Shown here piece by piece: positions 41,696 through 54,916 of a stretch of 64,000 nt of DNA. Numbering within the stretch: the stretch's first letter is position 1; each line of letters begins with the position of its first letter. The notes under the pieces are model-generated. The model was not told where the DNA came from. It was given only the letters and a program-made list of their open reading frames with translations, and made no database searches. The position numbers and the translations under genes were made by a program. Origin of the DNA: Octopus vulgaris (taxonomy: Eukaryota); assembly GCA_951406725.2 (NCBI GenBank), contig OX597826.1, positions 32,426,001 to 32,490,000 on the forward strand, written 5' to 3'.

Positions 41696-41814
41696 GCACA
41701 CATGTGTATATACACAGATACACACATAGACACAAGCACACTCTTTTAGTTAAAAAGGGATCATAAAAAGAAATATAGATAGTCTCTTCCTAACATTTCA
41801 TAATTAAAATATAT

Positions 41815-42137
41815 GGTAGCAAGCTGGCAGAAGCGTTAGCACACCGGGTGAAATGCTTAGCGGTATTTTGTCTGTCTGTACATACTGAGTTCAAATTTTG
41901 CTGAGGTTGACTTTGCTTTTCATCCTTTCACGGTCGATAAATTAAGTACCAGTTGCATACTGGGGTCAATCTTATCCCACTGGCCCCCTCCCCCAAAATT
42001 TCTACCCTTGTGCCTAGTGTAGAAAAGAATATAAGGTAGTGAGCTGGCAGAAATGTTAGCACACCAGGCAAAATGCTAAGCAGTATTTCATCTGTCTTTG
42101 CGTTCTGAGTTCAAATTCCACCAAGGTTGACTTTGCC

Positions 42138-42140
<3 letters not shown>
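41815..42140 (+). mobile_element. Family B SINE, one full and one 3'-truncated copy head-to-tail
   Basis: Two agctggcagaa-cg/tg-ttagcacacc heads near 41820 and 42040. Confidence 0.9.
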
Positions 42141-42169
<29 letters not shown>

Positions 42170-42242
42170 TCCTCTATTTACATAATATCGAGGTCTCCTT
42201 CATTCTTTTGTTGTCTTGCCATTTCTATCAATATATGTATAT

Positions 42243-42273
<31 letters not shown>

Positions 42274-42420
42274 ATTACACACACAAATATACCCACAAAT
42301 ATATGTTACATCTGCTTTCCATGCTGGCATGGGTTGGTCAGTTTGAAAGGATCCATCACATCAGTGAAGTACATTGTTCCAATATTACAGTTTTGGTATG
42401 GTTCCTATGGCTGGATGTCA

Positions 42421-42465
42421 AAGCCTTGTGAGTGGATTTGGTAGACGGAAACTGAAAAAAGCCTG

Positions 42466-42513
<48 letters not shown>

Positions 42514-42747
42514 GTATGTATGTATTTGTTTGTATGTCTGTGTTTGTCCCACACCCACCATCGCATGACAAACAATGTTGGGATGTTTACGTCCCCGTAA
42601 CTTAGCAGTTTGGTAAAATAGACTGACAGAATAAGTATTAGACTTACAAAAAATAAGTCCTGGGGTCGATTTGTCCGACTTAAGGCAGTGCTCCAGCATG
42701 GCCACAGTCAAATGACTGAAGCAAATAAAAAAATAAAAGAATAAAAG
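42421..42747 (+). mobile_element. Family A SINE lacking the tRNA head, fused to a minus-strand family C fragment (42310-42420)
   Basis: aagccttgtgagtggatttggtagacggaaactgaa...ctccagcatggccacagtcaaatgactgaa. Confidence 0.85.
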
Positions 42748-43260
42748 AACATTTTTTCACATACATATATATATATATATATATACAAACACATGTACAT
42801 CCATATATACATATATAATAATAATAATATTAGGGAGTATAACTCCAAACTTACAGGGAAAAATTCAATTATGTTTTGGTTTATGTCTATCATTGTTTGA
42901 ATTGCATAACAGTGGTTTTATTTCTAATTTATATTTTATATACTTATATGTATATACACATGCACACATATATATAGTGCTGTGTAGGTGTTTCCTAACA
43001 TCGCTAATTTTATTTATTGTTGCTATTATGCAAAAGTGTCGTAGGCCCAAAACGTTGCTTTTTCAGAAAACAAAAAAATAGTTTCACCATTCCATAGCAA
43101 AACTGTTGGACTACACTTTGACAATTTTTGATATTTTGGTATTTGAAGCAGCTGGAAATACGATAGTTTGAAGCAAAAGAACCGACTATTGCACACAAAA
43201 GTAAATATTGAAAAAATGCATTTGGCTAAATTTGGACATACGACAGTCAAACATAATAGT

Positions 43261-43303
<43 letters not shown>

Positions 43304-44143
43304 AGTTGTTGTTGTTGCTGATTAGCTCCAAGGCATTTCTAATTGAGAGCAGATATATATTCCCAAGCAATTTTGGCATTCACCATTGTCTTTCACCTAA
43401 GTGCAAAAAACCTAAAAATGCACCTTATCTAACATAACAACCTCTAAAACATCAAGATGGAATTTGAGGGGCAGTTGGCTATTATTTCTAGCAGGTCGAA
43501 TGCTCACATGGAGACTCCTATCACTTCCCAACACACACACACGCATGCACATGTGCACCCACACACATGGACATATACATGTACGTACATGCACACACAT
43601 GTGGCATGCATATTTCGCAGAGTAGTAGTAGTAGTAGTAATAGTGGCTGCAATAAAAATACAGGAACATTTGTCTGTGTGTTTGCGTGTCTCTCATACGT
43701 GCTGCTGATACCCTGATCTCATATGTCCAGCTACACCCACACAAATATTCACATACATATATATCCTCATATATACATGCACCCATGTGTGTGTGTGTGT
43801 GTTTGTTCTTAATTGTACATAAATCTGTTTCTGTCAGTGAGGAATTACATCAAACTCTTTAGTCATTCCGTGCATCTGTCTTATTTTATTTTTACTACTT
43901 TTAACATTACACAAATGGATTACCACATAATTCCACTTATAACCATAGATTTATATTTTGACAATGTGTATATACAAAAAGGATCGTCTTAGCTAGAAAA
44001 ATTCGATACTACCTCTTTTTCTTTATGTTTACAACTATACATCTATCCCTCTCCTCTCTCTCTCTCTCTATTTTTTATTTCTTTCTCTGCCTTTCTGTTT
44101 ATCTATCTATCTATCTATCTATTTAGCTTTATCTATCTATCTG

Positions 44144-44189
<46 letters not shown>

Positions 44190-44199
44190 CGTCTGTCTG

Positions 44200-44252
<53 letters not shown>

Positions 44253-44713
44253 TTATCTATCTATGCAGCGATTGGTGTGTCTGTGTGTCTGCCTGTCAGT
44301 TTGCCTGTTTATTTATCTGCCTATGTCTTCTCTCCCTCTCACTCTTTATCACTTTGTGTGCGTGATTGTGTATGTGTATGTATGTGTCTGTGTGCATGCG
44401 CACACAAACACACACATGCACACACACACACAAATGATCTGCTTTAGTTATAACAGAAGTACTCAATACCAAAATAATGTAGAGGTAAAGGATGTTTTTA
44501 CTTGTATTTTATCAAATAAAAAGACCATATATACATATATGCCAATACACACAAACACACACACATGTATGTATATATGTGTATATATATATATATATAT
44601 ATGCATGCGTGAGTATATGCATATATATATGTGTATATATGTATATAAACTTGTATATATGTATGCATATATATAAATATGTATCTATTTGTATATATGC
44701 ATATATATGTATA

Positions 44714-44755
<42 letters not shown>

Positions 44756-45017
44756 TAGAATAGTGGTATGACAATGCACCAATATATATTTATACTTGCA
44801 CACACATACGCACACACATCCATGAGCAAAGCGTAAATGTGAAGCATACATTCACACACACATATACACACACATAGACACACATACAGTCCATTATGCA
44901 GGAATTCGCCAAGATCCAGTGTGTATGTGTGTACGATCCAGTGAATCGTTTTTATTAGCTGTCGGGACATGAAAACATCAATACTGAAGCATGATCTTTA
45001 AATATATTTATCAATCG

Positions 45018-45350
45018 ATGCCAGCCCCCTTGCCCCAACTGGCTTCTGTGTCGGTGGCATGTAAAAAGCACCATCTGAATGTGGCCAATGCCAGTACCAC
45101 TTAGACTGGCTTCCGTGCTGGTGGCACATAAAAAGCACCATCCGATCATGGTCTATGCCAGCGCCATCTGACCCCTGTGCCAGTGGCATGTAAAAAGCAC
45201 CCACTACACTCACAGGGTGGTTGGTGTTAGGAAGGGCATCCAGCTGTTGAAACACTGCCAGATCAGACTAGAGTCTGGTGCAGCCTAGTGGCTTTCCAGA
45301 CCCCAGTCGAACCATCCAACCAATATCGATGATGATGATGATGATGATGG
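45018..45350 (+). mobile_element. Family C retroposon with three internal repeats and (GAT)n tail
   Basis: Colinear with 4870-5175. Confidence 0.85.
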
Positions 45351-45460
45351 TGATGAATGAATCAATCAATAAATTCCTATGAAATATCCATGAGTGAAAT
45401 TATGGGATCTATATGTACAGTTATACAGTCCCTGTTGAAATATTGAGAATATTTACAGAT

Positions 45461-45625
45461 GTGGGCATGGATGTGTGGTTAAGAGGCTCACATTCGTGCT
45501 TGATGGTTTTCGGTTCAGTTCCACTGCTTGGCATCCTGGGCAAAGAGTCTTCTGCTTGAGTTTCAGACTGATCAAAGCATTGTGTGAGTAGATTTGATAA
45601 ACGGAAGCTGAAAGAAGCCTGTCAT
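45461..45625 (+). mobile_element. Family A SINE head, diverged
   Basis: tggatgtgtggttaag...ggttcagttccactgc...gatttgataaacggaagctgaaagaagcc. Confidence 0.7.
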
Positions 45626-45632
45626 ATTCGAG

Positions 45633-45664
<32 letters not shown>

Positions 45665-46232
45665 AATTTATATATCCATCTGTCTATCTATATCTATCTA
45701 TCTATTATCTATCTGTCTACCTGTCTGTCTATCTATTGAGCGATCTACCTACCTACCTACCTACCTACCTACCTACCTACCTACCTACCTACCCACCTTG
45801 CTACCTCTCTGTCTGTCAGTCTGTCTGTCCATCCATCTATCCATCCGTCAGACTATGGGACCTGGTATGGCTCCTGCCTTGCCAGCTCCTGCCATCCAAG
45901 CTATGCCAGCATGGAAAATGGATGTTAAATGATGATGAAGATGATGATGATGATGATGTTGATGATATGTGTGCAGTCACAGGTAGGTTAGTATTAAAAG
46001 GGTAGATAATTAAGAAAGGTGAAAAGATAAAATGTTTCTGTAAAAACTGAGAAAGAAAGAAACTAAATATGGTTATTTCTGTTGTTGTTGTTTAACCCAA
46101 GGCAAATCTCTGACAAAGTAGACCTACGATGGAATATATCTCATATCTTACCATTCTCTTTGATTTTCTGTGAACAAAAATCATATCTGGGACTACAGTA
46201 TCGAACAGGACCTTTTTTCCTTTTCTTTTTAA

Positions 46233-46440
46233 CCCTTTAACATTCAAACCGACCATACCCTGCTGAAATATTCCCCGTTTTAAGCTCAAACCTGCCAGAT
46301 TCAACCTCTCGCACTTACCCTACAATGTCATTCTAAAAATAAGCATTCACATCATGAAAATCTCCAAGCTGCAAGATAATCCATGATTAATTCCAAACGA
46401 TGTGGATAAATAAGGATTACATTTGATAAAATAATCTGAT
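46233..46440 (-). mobile_element. piggyBac-type MITE (same family as 54353-54580, opposite orientation), one terminus lost, inserted in a family E repeat
   Basis: TTAA at 46229-46232 followed by CCCTTTA; internal cttaccctacaatgtcattctaaaa and catgattaattc are reverse complements of segments of 54353-54580. Confidence 0.75.
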
Positions 46441-46749
46441 TGGATTTGGGGAAAGTGAGATTTTAGGGAGATTTGGCTGTTATTTCTAGTAGAAGGAATG
46501 ACCACCATGTCGATAGATCATTGTTGCTAGTCCTTTTTCCGTACTTCACCGATCCATCCATCCATAGATTCTTTAGTGGGAAGCTAGGGTGGAGAGGTAA
46601 AGTTGACTTTTAGAAGGGATTAATTGAAAGGTGTAGAAATAGAGAGATAAAAGCCAGCATTGTATGGGCTGCTGCTGCCGCTGTTGCTGCCGCTGCCGCT
46701 CTGTGTGTGTGTGTGTGGTGGGGGCTGTCGGTGTCTGTGTGTGTATTAC

Positions 46750-47317
46750 AAATAGAGAGAAAGGAAAAGAAGTAGAAGGAAGACTTAAATAGCAGAAAGG
46801 AAATTAAAAGAAAGGCAACAAAAGAACCATATAAGCTGTGAGGGAAAGGAAAGGAAAGAAAAGGAGAAAGAATGAAAGGAGGGAAGGAAGGAAGAAGAGA
46901 TGAAAGACACAAGGAAAGAAAGAAAGAATGAGTGAATGGATGAGTGAATGAGTGAATGAATGAAAGGTAGAAGAAATGGAAAAAAAGAAGAATGAATGAA
47001 GATAGACAGTCGGACAGACAGACAGACAGATTGAAAAAGAAGGAAATAGAAAGAAAGAGAGAGTGGTAGAAAAAGAGAGAGAAATAAGACAAATAGGATA
47101 AGGCTGTGAAGTAAGAGCAAGAGAGAGGGTGGGATGAAGCTATGAAGGTAAGCGTAAGAGAGAGGTGAGAAAAGCTACAAGAAGGAGAGAGAGAGAGAGA
47201 GACAGACAGAGTAAACTTTAAAAGAAGAGAAAGAGAAGGTAAATATACAATAGGAAAAGAAAGAAAAAAAGAAAGATTGATAGATAGAAGATAGATAGAG
47301 AGAGAGAGAGAGAGATT

Positions 47318-47348
<31 letters not shown>

Positions 47349-47890
47349 AGTAAAATTACAAGATGACCAGGAGAGAGAGTAAAAATACAACAGGAAGATG
47401 AAGAGAAAGGATAAGAGGATAAGGGTGAAGTGAAGAGAGAGAGAGAGAGAGAGAGATGTAAATAATGAAAAGGGGTAAGACAAAGAGAAAGACTATTATA
47501 GACACAAGAGAACGAATAAAAGAAGGGTGGCGGGGGAGTAGAAGTAAGTTGGTGGGGGTGGGGAATGTCAAAGAATAAGAGTGGCAAAATGAGTAAAAGA
47601 GTTAAGTATTATGTCTGTCGTTTCTTGGGAAATGATTGGAATGGGAGGGGAGGGGAGAGGATGGGAGAGGGGTGGGACAGGAGAGGAGATGTGGTGAGAG
47701 ACAAGAGTGAGAGAGATTCTGAAGATAAAGGAGAGACAGGGATAGAGAAGACAAGGAAGAGAGGGAAAGAGAGAAGAGAGCAAGAGAGAAAGGGGAGGTA
47801 GATGATGAAGTAGAAGATAGCCTGTAGATGTGAAGGGGAAAAAAGGGTTAAACTAATAATAATAGGGAAGGAATTGATAAGAAAGAATTA
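46750..47890. repeat. Long purine-rich (GA) low-complexity tract, continuing at 48240-48670
   Basis: Strong strand asymmetry; yields the 325-aa F/S/L pseudo-ORF 46610-47587. Confidence 0.9.
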
Positions 47891-47989
47891 TATTATCAGG
47901 AAAAGATAAAAAAAAAATATTTGAAGTAAATAAAATAAATTAAATATAGATAAAAACGAAAACATTTGCGAATAAAATTTATATATATA

Positions 47990-48246
47990 TATATATGTGT
48001 GTGTTTGTGTGTGTATTTGTGTGTATGTGTGTGTTTGTGTTTGCGTTTGTTCCCCACTACTGCTTAACAATGGGGTTGGGGTATCTATGTCTCTGTAACT
48101 TAGTGGTTCAGCAAAAGAGACTGACAGAATGAATACCAGGCTTTAAAAAAACAGTATTGGGGTTGTATCGTTCTATTAAAATTCTTTAAAGTGATGCCCC
48201 AGTATGGCCACAATCTAATGATGGAAACAATCAAAAGAAATAAAAG
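47990..48246 (+). mobile_element. Family A SINE 3' half
   Basis: gtaacttagtggttcagcaaaagagactgacagaat...cagtatggccacaatctaatgatggaaac. Confidence 0.75.
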
Positions 48247-48444
48247 AGAAAGAGGAAGACAGAGAGAGAGAGAGAGAAAGAGAGAGAAAGGAAAGGAGGG
48301 AAGAAAGAAAGGAAAGAATGAAGGGAGAGGAAGAATAGAGAGAGCTGGAAGAGGGGAAGAAGAGGAGTAGGAGCAAGGGGAGAAGTAGGAAGAAGGGAAT
48401 GTGGTGGGGGAGAGAAATGCAGAACTGAAGGGAAAGTCTTGAGA

Positions 48445-48479
<35 letters not shown>

Positions 48480-48885
48480 AAGAAGAAATGGTGAAAAAAA
48501 AGATGCTTTTAATTAATGGTAAAGATGGGAAGAAAGTAATTGGGAAGAAATGGGTAAGAATTAACCAGAAAGAGTTGAAGACTTTCTAGAATGAGAGAGA
48601 TTGATGATGAAGACAAGGAAGGAGAAATAGAGAGAGAGGGAGAGAGAAATGAAGGAGGTAACAAAGAACTGTTTCCCTGTCCAAAGAGAGTTTATTCCAG
48701 GTTATAGGTCGCCTGAGATGATGGTCTGGAGGGTGGGGTGACGGTAGGATGAGGGTACTTCCTGCCTCCCTTCCAACAGTCTTGAAGGTTCTGAAATGAG
48801 TTCATAGCATTGCCTTTTCTCCTCTGTCTAAATTAGGTTAAAATCCTCCACCACCACCACCACCACCACCACCACCACCACCACC

Positions 48886-48937
<52 letters not shown>

Positions 48938-48938
<1 letters not shown>

Positions 48939-49367
48939 CATCGTTTAGCATCCGCTTTCCATGCTGGCATAGGTTGGATGGTTCAACTGGGGTCTGGGAA
49001 GCCAGAAGGCTGCACCAGGCCCAGTCTGATCTGGCAATGTTTCTACTGCTGGAAGCCCTTCCTAATGGGTGCTTTTTACATGCCACCGGCACAGGTGCCA
49101 GACGAGGCTGGCAAACGGCTATAATAATAATAATAATAATAATAACAATAGTCTCAGATTTTGACGAAGGCCAGCAGTTTCTTAGGATAGAGGGCAGTCA
49201 ATTACATCGACCCCAGTGCATAACTGGTACTTATTTTATTGACCTGGAAAAGATGAAAGGCAGCATCAAACTTGGTGGAGTTTGAACTCAAAACATAAAG
49301 AGCTGAAAGAAATGTTGCTAAGCATTTTGTCCGATGTTCAAACTACTCTGCCAATTAGCCATCTCAA
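48938..49367 (-). mobile_element. Family C fragment (48938-49118) followed by family B SINE (49150-49367)
   Basis: tccgctttccatgctggcataggttggatggttcaactggggtctgggaagcc; catcgaccccagtgcataactggtacttatttt. Confidence 0.8.
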
Positions 49368-49690
49368 TAATGACCTCTCCAATGTACAACATGATGAATA
49401 AAACTTATTGATCATGTTTGCTGGATAGGTCATCATTAAGCTTTAACCTTGCCTGTTTATACCTGTTTTAAATTATTCTACCCGAAGTTGGTGGATTTAT
49501 GCTATGATGTAATCTATGAATGTATCAATAAAATGCTACCGAAACAGCTGTAGTAAATTTTAAACTCCATTTGTATCTTTCTTTTTATGTGTGTGTATGT
49601 GTGTGTGCATGTGTGTGTGTATATATATGTATATAAATGTATCTGTATATATGCGTACATAATATATATAAGTACATATATATATGTATT

Positions 49691-49735
<45 letters not shown>

Positions 49736-50127
49736 GTATACATTCATACATATATATGTACATATATACTTATATATATATATATGCAGCTTTTAAAAGA
49801 GTCCAATAGTTGTATAATGATGTTATTTGTTTGAATGGAGATAGAAATATTAACACTCGTTGTGTTAATATTATGAAAATAATTATTACAAACATAACGA
49901 CATTGTATTAATGAAGGTAAAGTCAATAATTCTTCTAGTCATGACAGAAACTTATGCGAAAACATTTTTATAAATAGAAACAATAATTTGCCATCATTAA
50001 TTGCAGAATCATTAGAAATTCTGACAATCAGTTCGATAATACACACATGCACACAAAGATACAATTTTTACTTGCTTTTAAATAGTTTGTTCTGGAGAAA
50101 GAGGATATGGCACTGGTCTGTGTTGAC

Positions 50128-50378
50128 CGGTGGTTCCCAAACATTTTCAGGCTGCCGGCTCCTTGGTCCCCAGGCCACATTCCTAGTGCCCTCTCACCAC
50201 TAACCACCACAAACATAGATCACTTTCTGAAGCAAATTCAAAACAGCAGCGCTTCACCAATAAATTTTATTCCTGTTTTTTTTTTCTTTTACAACACCAC
50301 TCCCTCCTCTATCTCTCCCCTTTTCTTCAATGCTCTGCAGAACCTTTCCAAAGCACCCCTCCACTTTGGGAACCACTA
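50128..50378. mobile_element. hAT (Charlie-like) MITE
   Basis: TIRs CGGTGGTTCCCAAA ... TTTGGGAACCACTA; right flank TTCTAGAT fits the NTCTAGAN target preference, left flank diverged. Confidence 0.75.
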
Positions 50379-50751
50379 TTCTAGATCCTTCCTTGTTGAG
50401 ATTGGTGTGAGCAATGTGTTGATATTTTTATTGGACTTGTACAAATCAACTTCCACAAGAAGCATGAGAAAGAAACCCAATGAATATGGATAGTGAAGAA
50501 ATCCCAGAGGGACAATTGTATGGAGAAGAAATATTATAAAAATATATTACAGAAAACCTAGATATAATATGGATGATGCAATGAAAAGAAATGAGGGGAC
50601 TAATTTAACCTGAATGACAATGGCACAAAAAAAATACAAAACAAAATGAAGGAACCCAACTAGATTCAAAAGTGGAATGATTGGGCTTATGGTAGAACTG
50701 TTAAAGTAAAGGGACACATGCATATACATCTGCCCCCACCACACACATAGA

Positions 50752-50970
50752 CTCTTTTATGCTTTGCTTACTTCAGCCATTCAGTTGCGGCCATGCTGGG
50801 GAGAACCACCTTAAAGGATTTAGTCGAACAAATTGACCCTAGGACTTATTTCTAAGTCTGGTACTTATACTGTTTGTCACTTTTTCCAAATTGCTGAGTT
50901 ATGGGGATGTAAACAAACCAACACCAGTTGTCAAGTAGTGATGGGGGGACAAGCAGACACATGCACATAC
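50752..50970 (-). mobile_element. Family A SINE 3' half
   Basis: gcggccatgctgggg...aggacttatt...gatgtaaacaaaccaacaccagttgtcaag. Confidence 0.75.
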
Positions 50971-51684
50971 CCACACACACACACACATATATACATCATC
51001 ATCATCATCGCCATCATTGCTGTCATCGTCATTGTCATCATTATCATCGTTGTCGTCATTGTCGTTGTCGTCATCATCATTGTTGTCATCATCGTTATTA
51101 TTATCATCATCATCATCATTGTCATCATCATCGTCATCATCAACATTGTCATTGTCATTGCTGTCATCATCATCGTTGTTGTCGTCGTCGTCGTAGTTGT
51201 TGTTGTCATCATCATCATTATCATCATCATTTAATGTCCATGTCCCATACTGGAATAGGTTGGATGGTTTGACAGATCTGATGGGCCCCAAGTACTGCAC
51301 TATGCTCTATTGTCTGTTTTGGCATCATTTTTATAGCTAGATGCCCTTTCTAATGCCAACCACTTTAAAGTATGTAAAGCATGCTTTTTTTCATGCCAGT
51401 TTATAAGCAATGGGCTTCACCATATTTTCTTTCAACCAAATGAACTGAGAATGCATCAGCTGGTCCTGGCCCCTAGTACAAGTTGCTTGCTAAAGTTGTC
51501 AGGCAGTGGGGCCGAACTCATAAACCACAAGGTTATGAAGCAAAGCTCATAAGAAATAGCCATGGCTGCACTGACTGTGTCTGCAGACACACATACATAT
51601 ACTCTCAGAAGCATATATAAATATATATATGTATTCATATACTTCTATATACACACACATGCACGCACACACACACATACATAA

Positions 51685-51743
<59 letters not shown>

Positions 51744-52174
51744 CATTTATGTATGTATATATATGTTTGTATGTATATATATATATAAAATCATATAGAT
51801 GTAATTACATATATAGTTATACATAATTTTATATATACATAATTGTATTTGTGTATAGGTATATATATATATGTATATACACACACACTGCCACCACCCC
51901 ACACATATATGTATCTAGGTATATATGTAATTATATATACATCCTATACACAGTCTAACAATTACAGAAAAGACATTTTTTTTTGGCCATCATTATCATC
52001 ATCATTGTAATTCTTTTAAGTGGTATAGGGACAAATATTGCGATGCCTCTAGCAATATTTATCAATCTATTAACGATGGATGTCTTACTCTTTATAGGAA
52101 AGCCAAAAACAGATATACACATACGCGCTTACATATACATACACACATTCATACATACATATACACACACACAC

Positions 52175-52221
<47 letters not shown>

Positions 52222-52839
52222 AATATATATTTATTTCCGAAATAACTCATTTAAGAAAATCAGTGTGATGAGAGAGTAACAGCTATGTGGTACATAGTTA
52301 ATAAATAGTTGCAGTATTTGCCGGCTAAAAAGTTAGTAACTGATTGGTGGTGGTCGTGGAAAGGATGTGAGTGGGGGACAAGCTGGCGTGGTGTTGAGCA
52401 AGAATACAGGATTGAGTTGCTTGATTCTTGGTAAATATTTACACTCACATTTCTGATTTATGTTCAAAATAGCAGAACTAATGTAAAAGAGGTGTGTTAA
52501 AAGATTAGTTTTTCTTGAAAAATTATTATTAATAGTATTACGACTATTATTATTATTATTATTATTATCATCATCATTAATATTATTGTTGTTGTTGTTG
52601 TTTTGTTAAATGCCATAAAATATAATATTAACTCTAGGATTCATATTAGTTCCAGAGTATGAATAAATAAATAATGTTTCCTCTCCACCTCCATTTGATA
52701 GGCCATAGGCTGCTACACACAGCCACACTGACAGCAGAGCCATACAGACAGACATATGCATTATTTTTAGTTCTATACAAACTAAATCTACTGAACATCA
52801 TCAGTAGACAGTGAACTACATCTTCCTAGAGTCCACCTG

Positions 52840-53095
52840 GTGGAGATAGTTAACACAAGAAAGGAAAGGTAACACAGGTGTGTAGGTAATATAGGTAACG
52901 TAGGTGGGAAGATATCATAGGTGAGGATGGGGTAACCCAGAAAGAGATGAGTAACACAGGTAGAGACAGGTAACACTGATTGAGACACTGAGTGATACAG
53001 GTAAAACAGGTAAAGGTGGGTAGTGCAGGAGAAGATGGGTAACAGAGATGGAGAAAGGTAAAGCAGGTGGAGATGAATAGCACAGATGATGGGTG
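52840..53095 (+). repeat. Degenerate ~19-bp minisatellite, consensus about GAGATGRGTAACACAGGTR; resumes at 53940-54110
   Basis: Units such as gagatgagtaacacaggta, gagacaggtaacactgatt, gagaaaggtaaagcaggtg. Confidence 0.7.
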
Positions 53096-53126
53096 CTATC
53101 ATCCGTTGTTATCAGTTTGTCTTTGA

Positions 53127-53810
53127 GGCAGCAAGCTGGCAGAATGGTTAGCATGCTGGACCAAATGACCACTGGTATTTTGTCTGTCTTTATGATCAGA
53201 GTTCAAATCCTGCTGAGCTCAGCTTTTCATCTTTTTGAGGTTGATAAAATAAGTACCAGTTGACTTAACATCAACTCCATAAATTATTGGCTTTGTGCCA
53301 AAATTTGAAGCCATTATTATCAGTTTATCTCAGTGGTGAGCTGGCAGAATCGTTAGCACATTGAGAAAAATGCTTACCAACATTTTGACTGTCTTTACAA
53401 TCTGAGTTCAAATTCTGCTTAGATCAACTTTGTCTTTCATCTTTCCGAGGTCCGTAAAGGAGTATTGTTTGAATGCTGGGGTCAATGCAATCAATTTACT
53501 CCCACCTGAAAAATTGCTGACCTTGTGATAAAATTTGAAATCCTTATTAGTATTATTATGTCTGTAAGCTAGTAGAATCGTCAGAATGTTGGAAGAAATG
53601 CTTAGCGGTATTTAACCAAGCGCTATTTTCTGAGTTCAAATTCCACCAAGGTTTTGACTTTGCCTTTCATCCTTTTGGGGTCGATGAATTAAATACCAGT
53701 GAAACACTGGGGTCGATGAATTAAATAGCAGTGAAACACTAGGGTCGATGTAATCGTCTAGTCCCCCCCAAAAAAATTTCAGGCCTTTTGCCTATAGTAG
53801 AAAGGATTAT
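53127..53810 (+). mobile_element. Three head-to-tail family B SINEs ending in (ATT)n
   Basis: Heads near 53127, 53333, 53565, each with gagttcaaa; the third has an internal duplication of gggtcgatgaattaaata. Confidence 0.9.
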
Positions 53811-53812
53811 TA

Positions 53813-53851
<39 letters not shown>

Positions 53852-54352
53852 GTTTGTTCATCATTACCAAGGACATCAGTCTGATGCATGCTCAGAAGGA
53901 TGTGCTGTAGATCAGGCATTGGTGGTCTTCTGGGACTTGAAGGCAAGGAGCAGGGGTATGTTACACAGGTAGGGGATAAATGTTAGAGGTACAGATTGGC
54001 AATGCCGGGAGAGATGAGTAACAGCAAGAGAAGAGTAAAACAAATGGAGATTTTTAACACAGGAGAGGATGGTTAACATGTGGAGATGAGTAACGCGGTT
54101 ACTCATCTCATTTGTTAATGTCACAGCAGCTCACATTTTGTAGGGATTAATTAAAGCCTGAAATATTACTGGTACTTAATGCTTTTTGTTATATATAAAA
54201 AGTTGGAAAAATGGGAATTTTATTCTGAAATATTTGGAATTAGAATTGTGCACGGTTGGGTAACTTTGGTGAGCTTACAGTTGAAGGATTATCTGATCAT
54301 GAATTAACGATAGAAGCTTCACTGGGACTCACAAAACAATACACTACCTTAA

Positions 54353-54580
54353 CCCTTTAATAACGATTATGTTACTCTGCCAAATGTAATGCTTATTTAT
54401 TCTCAGTGTTTTGAATTAATCATGCATTATCTTAGACGTTTGAGATTTCGACGATGTGATTGATAGCTTACTTTTAGAATAACATTGTAAGGTAAGTGTG
54501 AGAGGTGGATCTGGTCAGCTTGAACATGAACCAGATGAGCAAGATTTGGGTTAGGTTTGGCTATTTTAAATGCTAAAGGG
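54353..54580. mobile_element. piggyBac-type MITE 1
   Basis: TTAA (54349-54352) CCCTTTA ... TAAAGGG TTAA (54581-54584). Confidence 0.85.
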
Positions 54581-54640
54581 TTAACCCTTTTAATACCAAC
54601 CTGGCCGAAACCGCCTCTGGCTCTGTTGTACAAATGTCTT

Positions 54641-54916
54641 CATTATTTACGTCATTTACATTATTTACATTTGATGGATATTTGTCCTCAACGTTTCGGT
54701 TGATATACCCTCCAGCCTTCATCAGGTGTCTTGGGGAAATTTCAAACCTGAGTTCTCATTCCTAAGGTATTTTTTGATGTTGTTACTATTATTATTATTA
54801 TTATTATTATTATTATGGTCACTGCCTGGAATCGAACTCGGAATCTTGGGGTTAGTAGCCCGTGCTCTTAACCACTATGCCATATGCTCATGGGCCTAAT
54901 TCACTTAAATATAGAA
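54641..54916 (-). mobile_element. tRNA-derived SINE with hammerhead-like 3' module
   Basis: A box TGGCATAGTGG, B box GAGTTCGATTCC, (AAT)n spacer, hammerhead-like core, (aataatgta)-like tail; flanked by 18-bp direct repeats 54623-54640 and 54917-54934 (16/18 identical). Confidence 0.8.
54685..54730 (-). ncRNA. Minimal type I hammerhead ribozyme-like motif
   Basis: GACAC-CUGAUGA-A-GGCUG-gaggguauau-CAACC-GAAA-CG-UU-GAGG; intact core, palindromic AACGUU, one stem II mismatch, stem I imperfect. Confidence 0.6.

Noticed and set aside
46610-47587. Longest ORF in the track (325 aa, minus strand)
   Set aside because: Polypyrimidine sequence rarely contains stops; F/S/L-dominated composition, no domain
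54817-54887. Functional tRNA gene
   Set aside because: T-arm and acceptor stem mispair and it is fused to a retroposon body inside a TSD; treated as a SINE head
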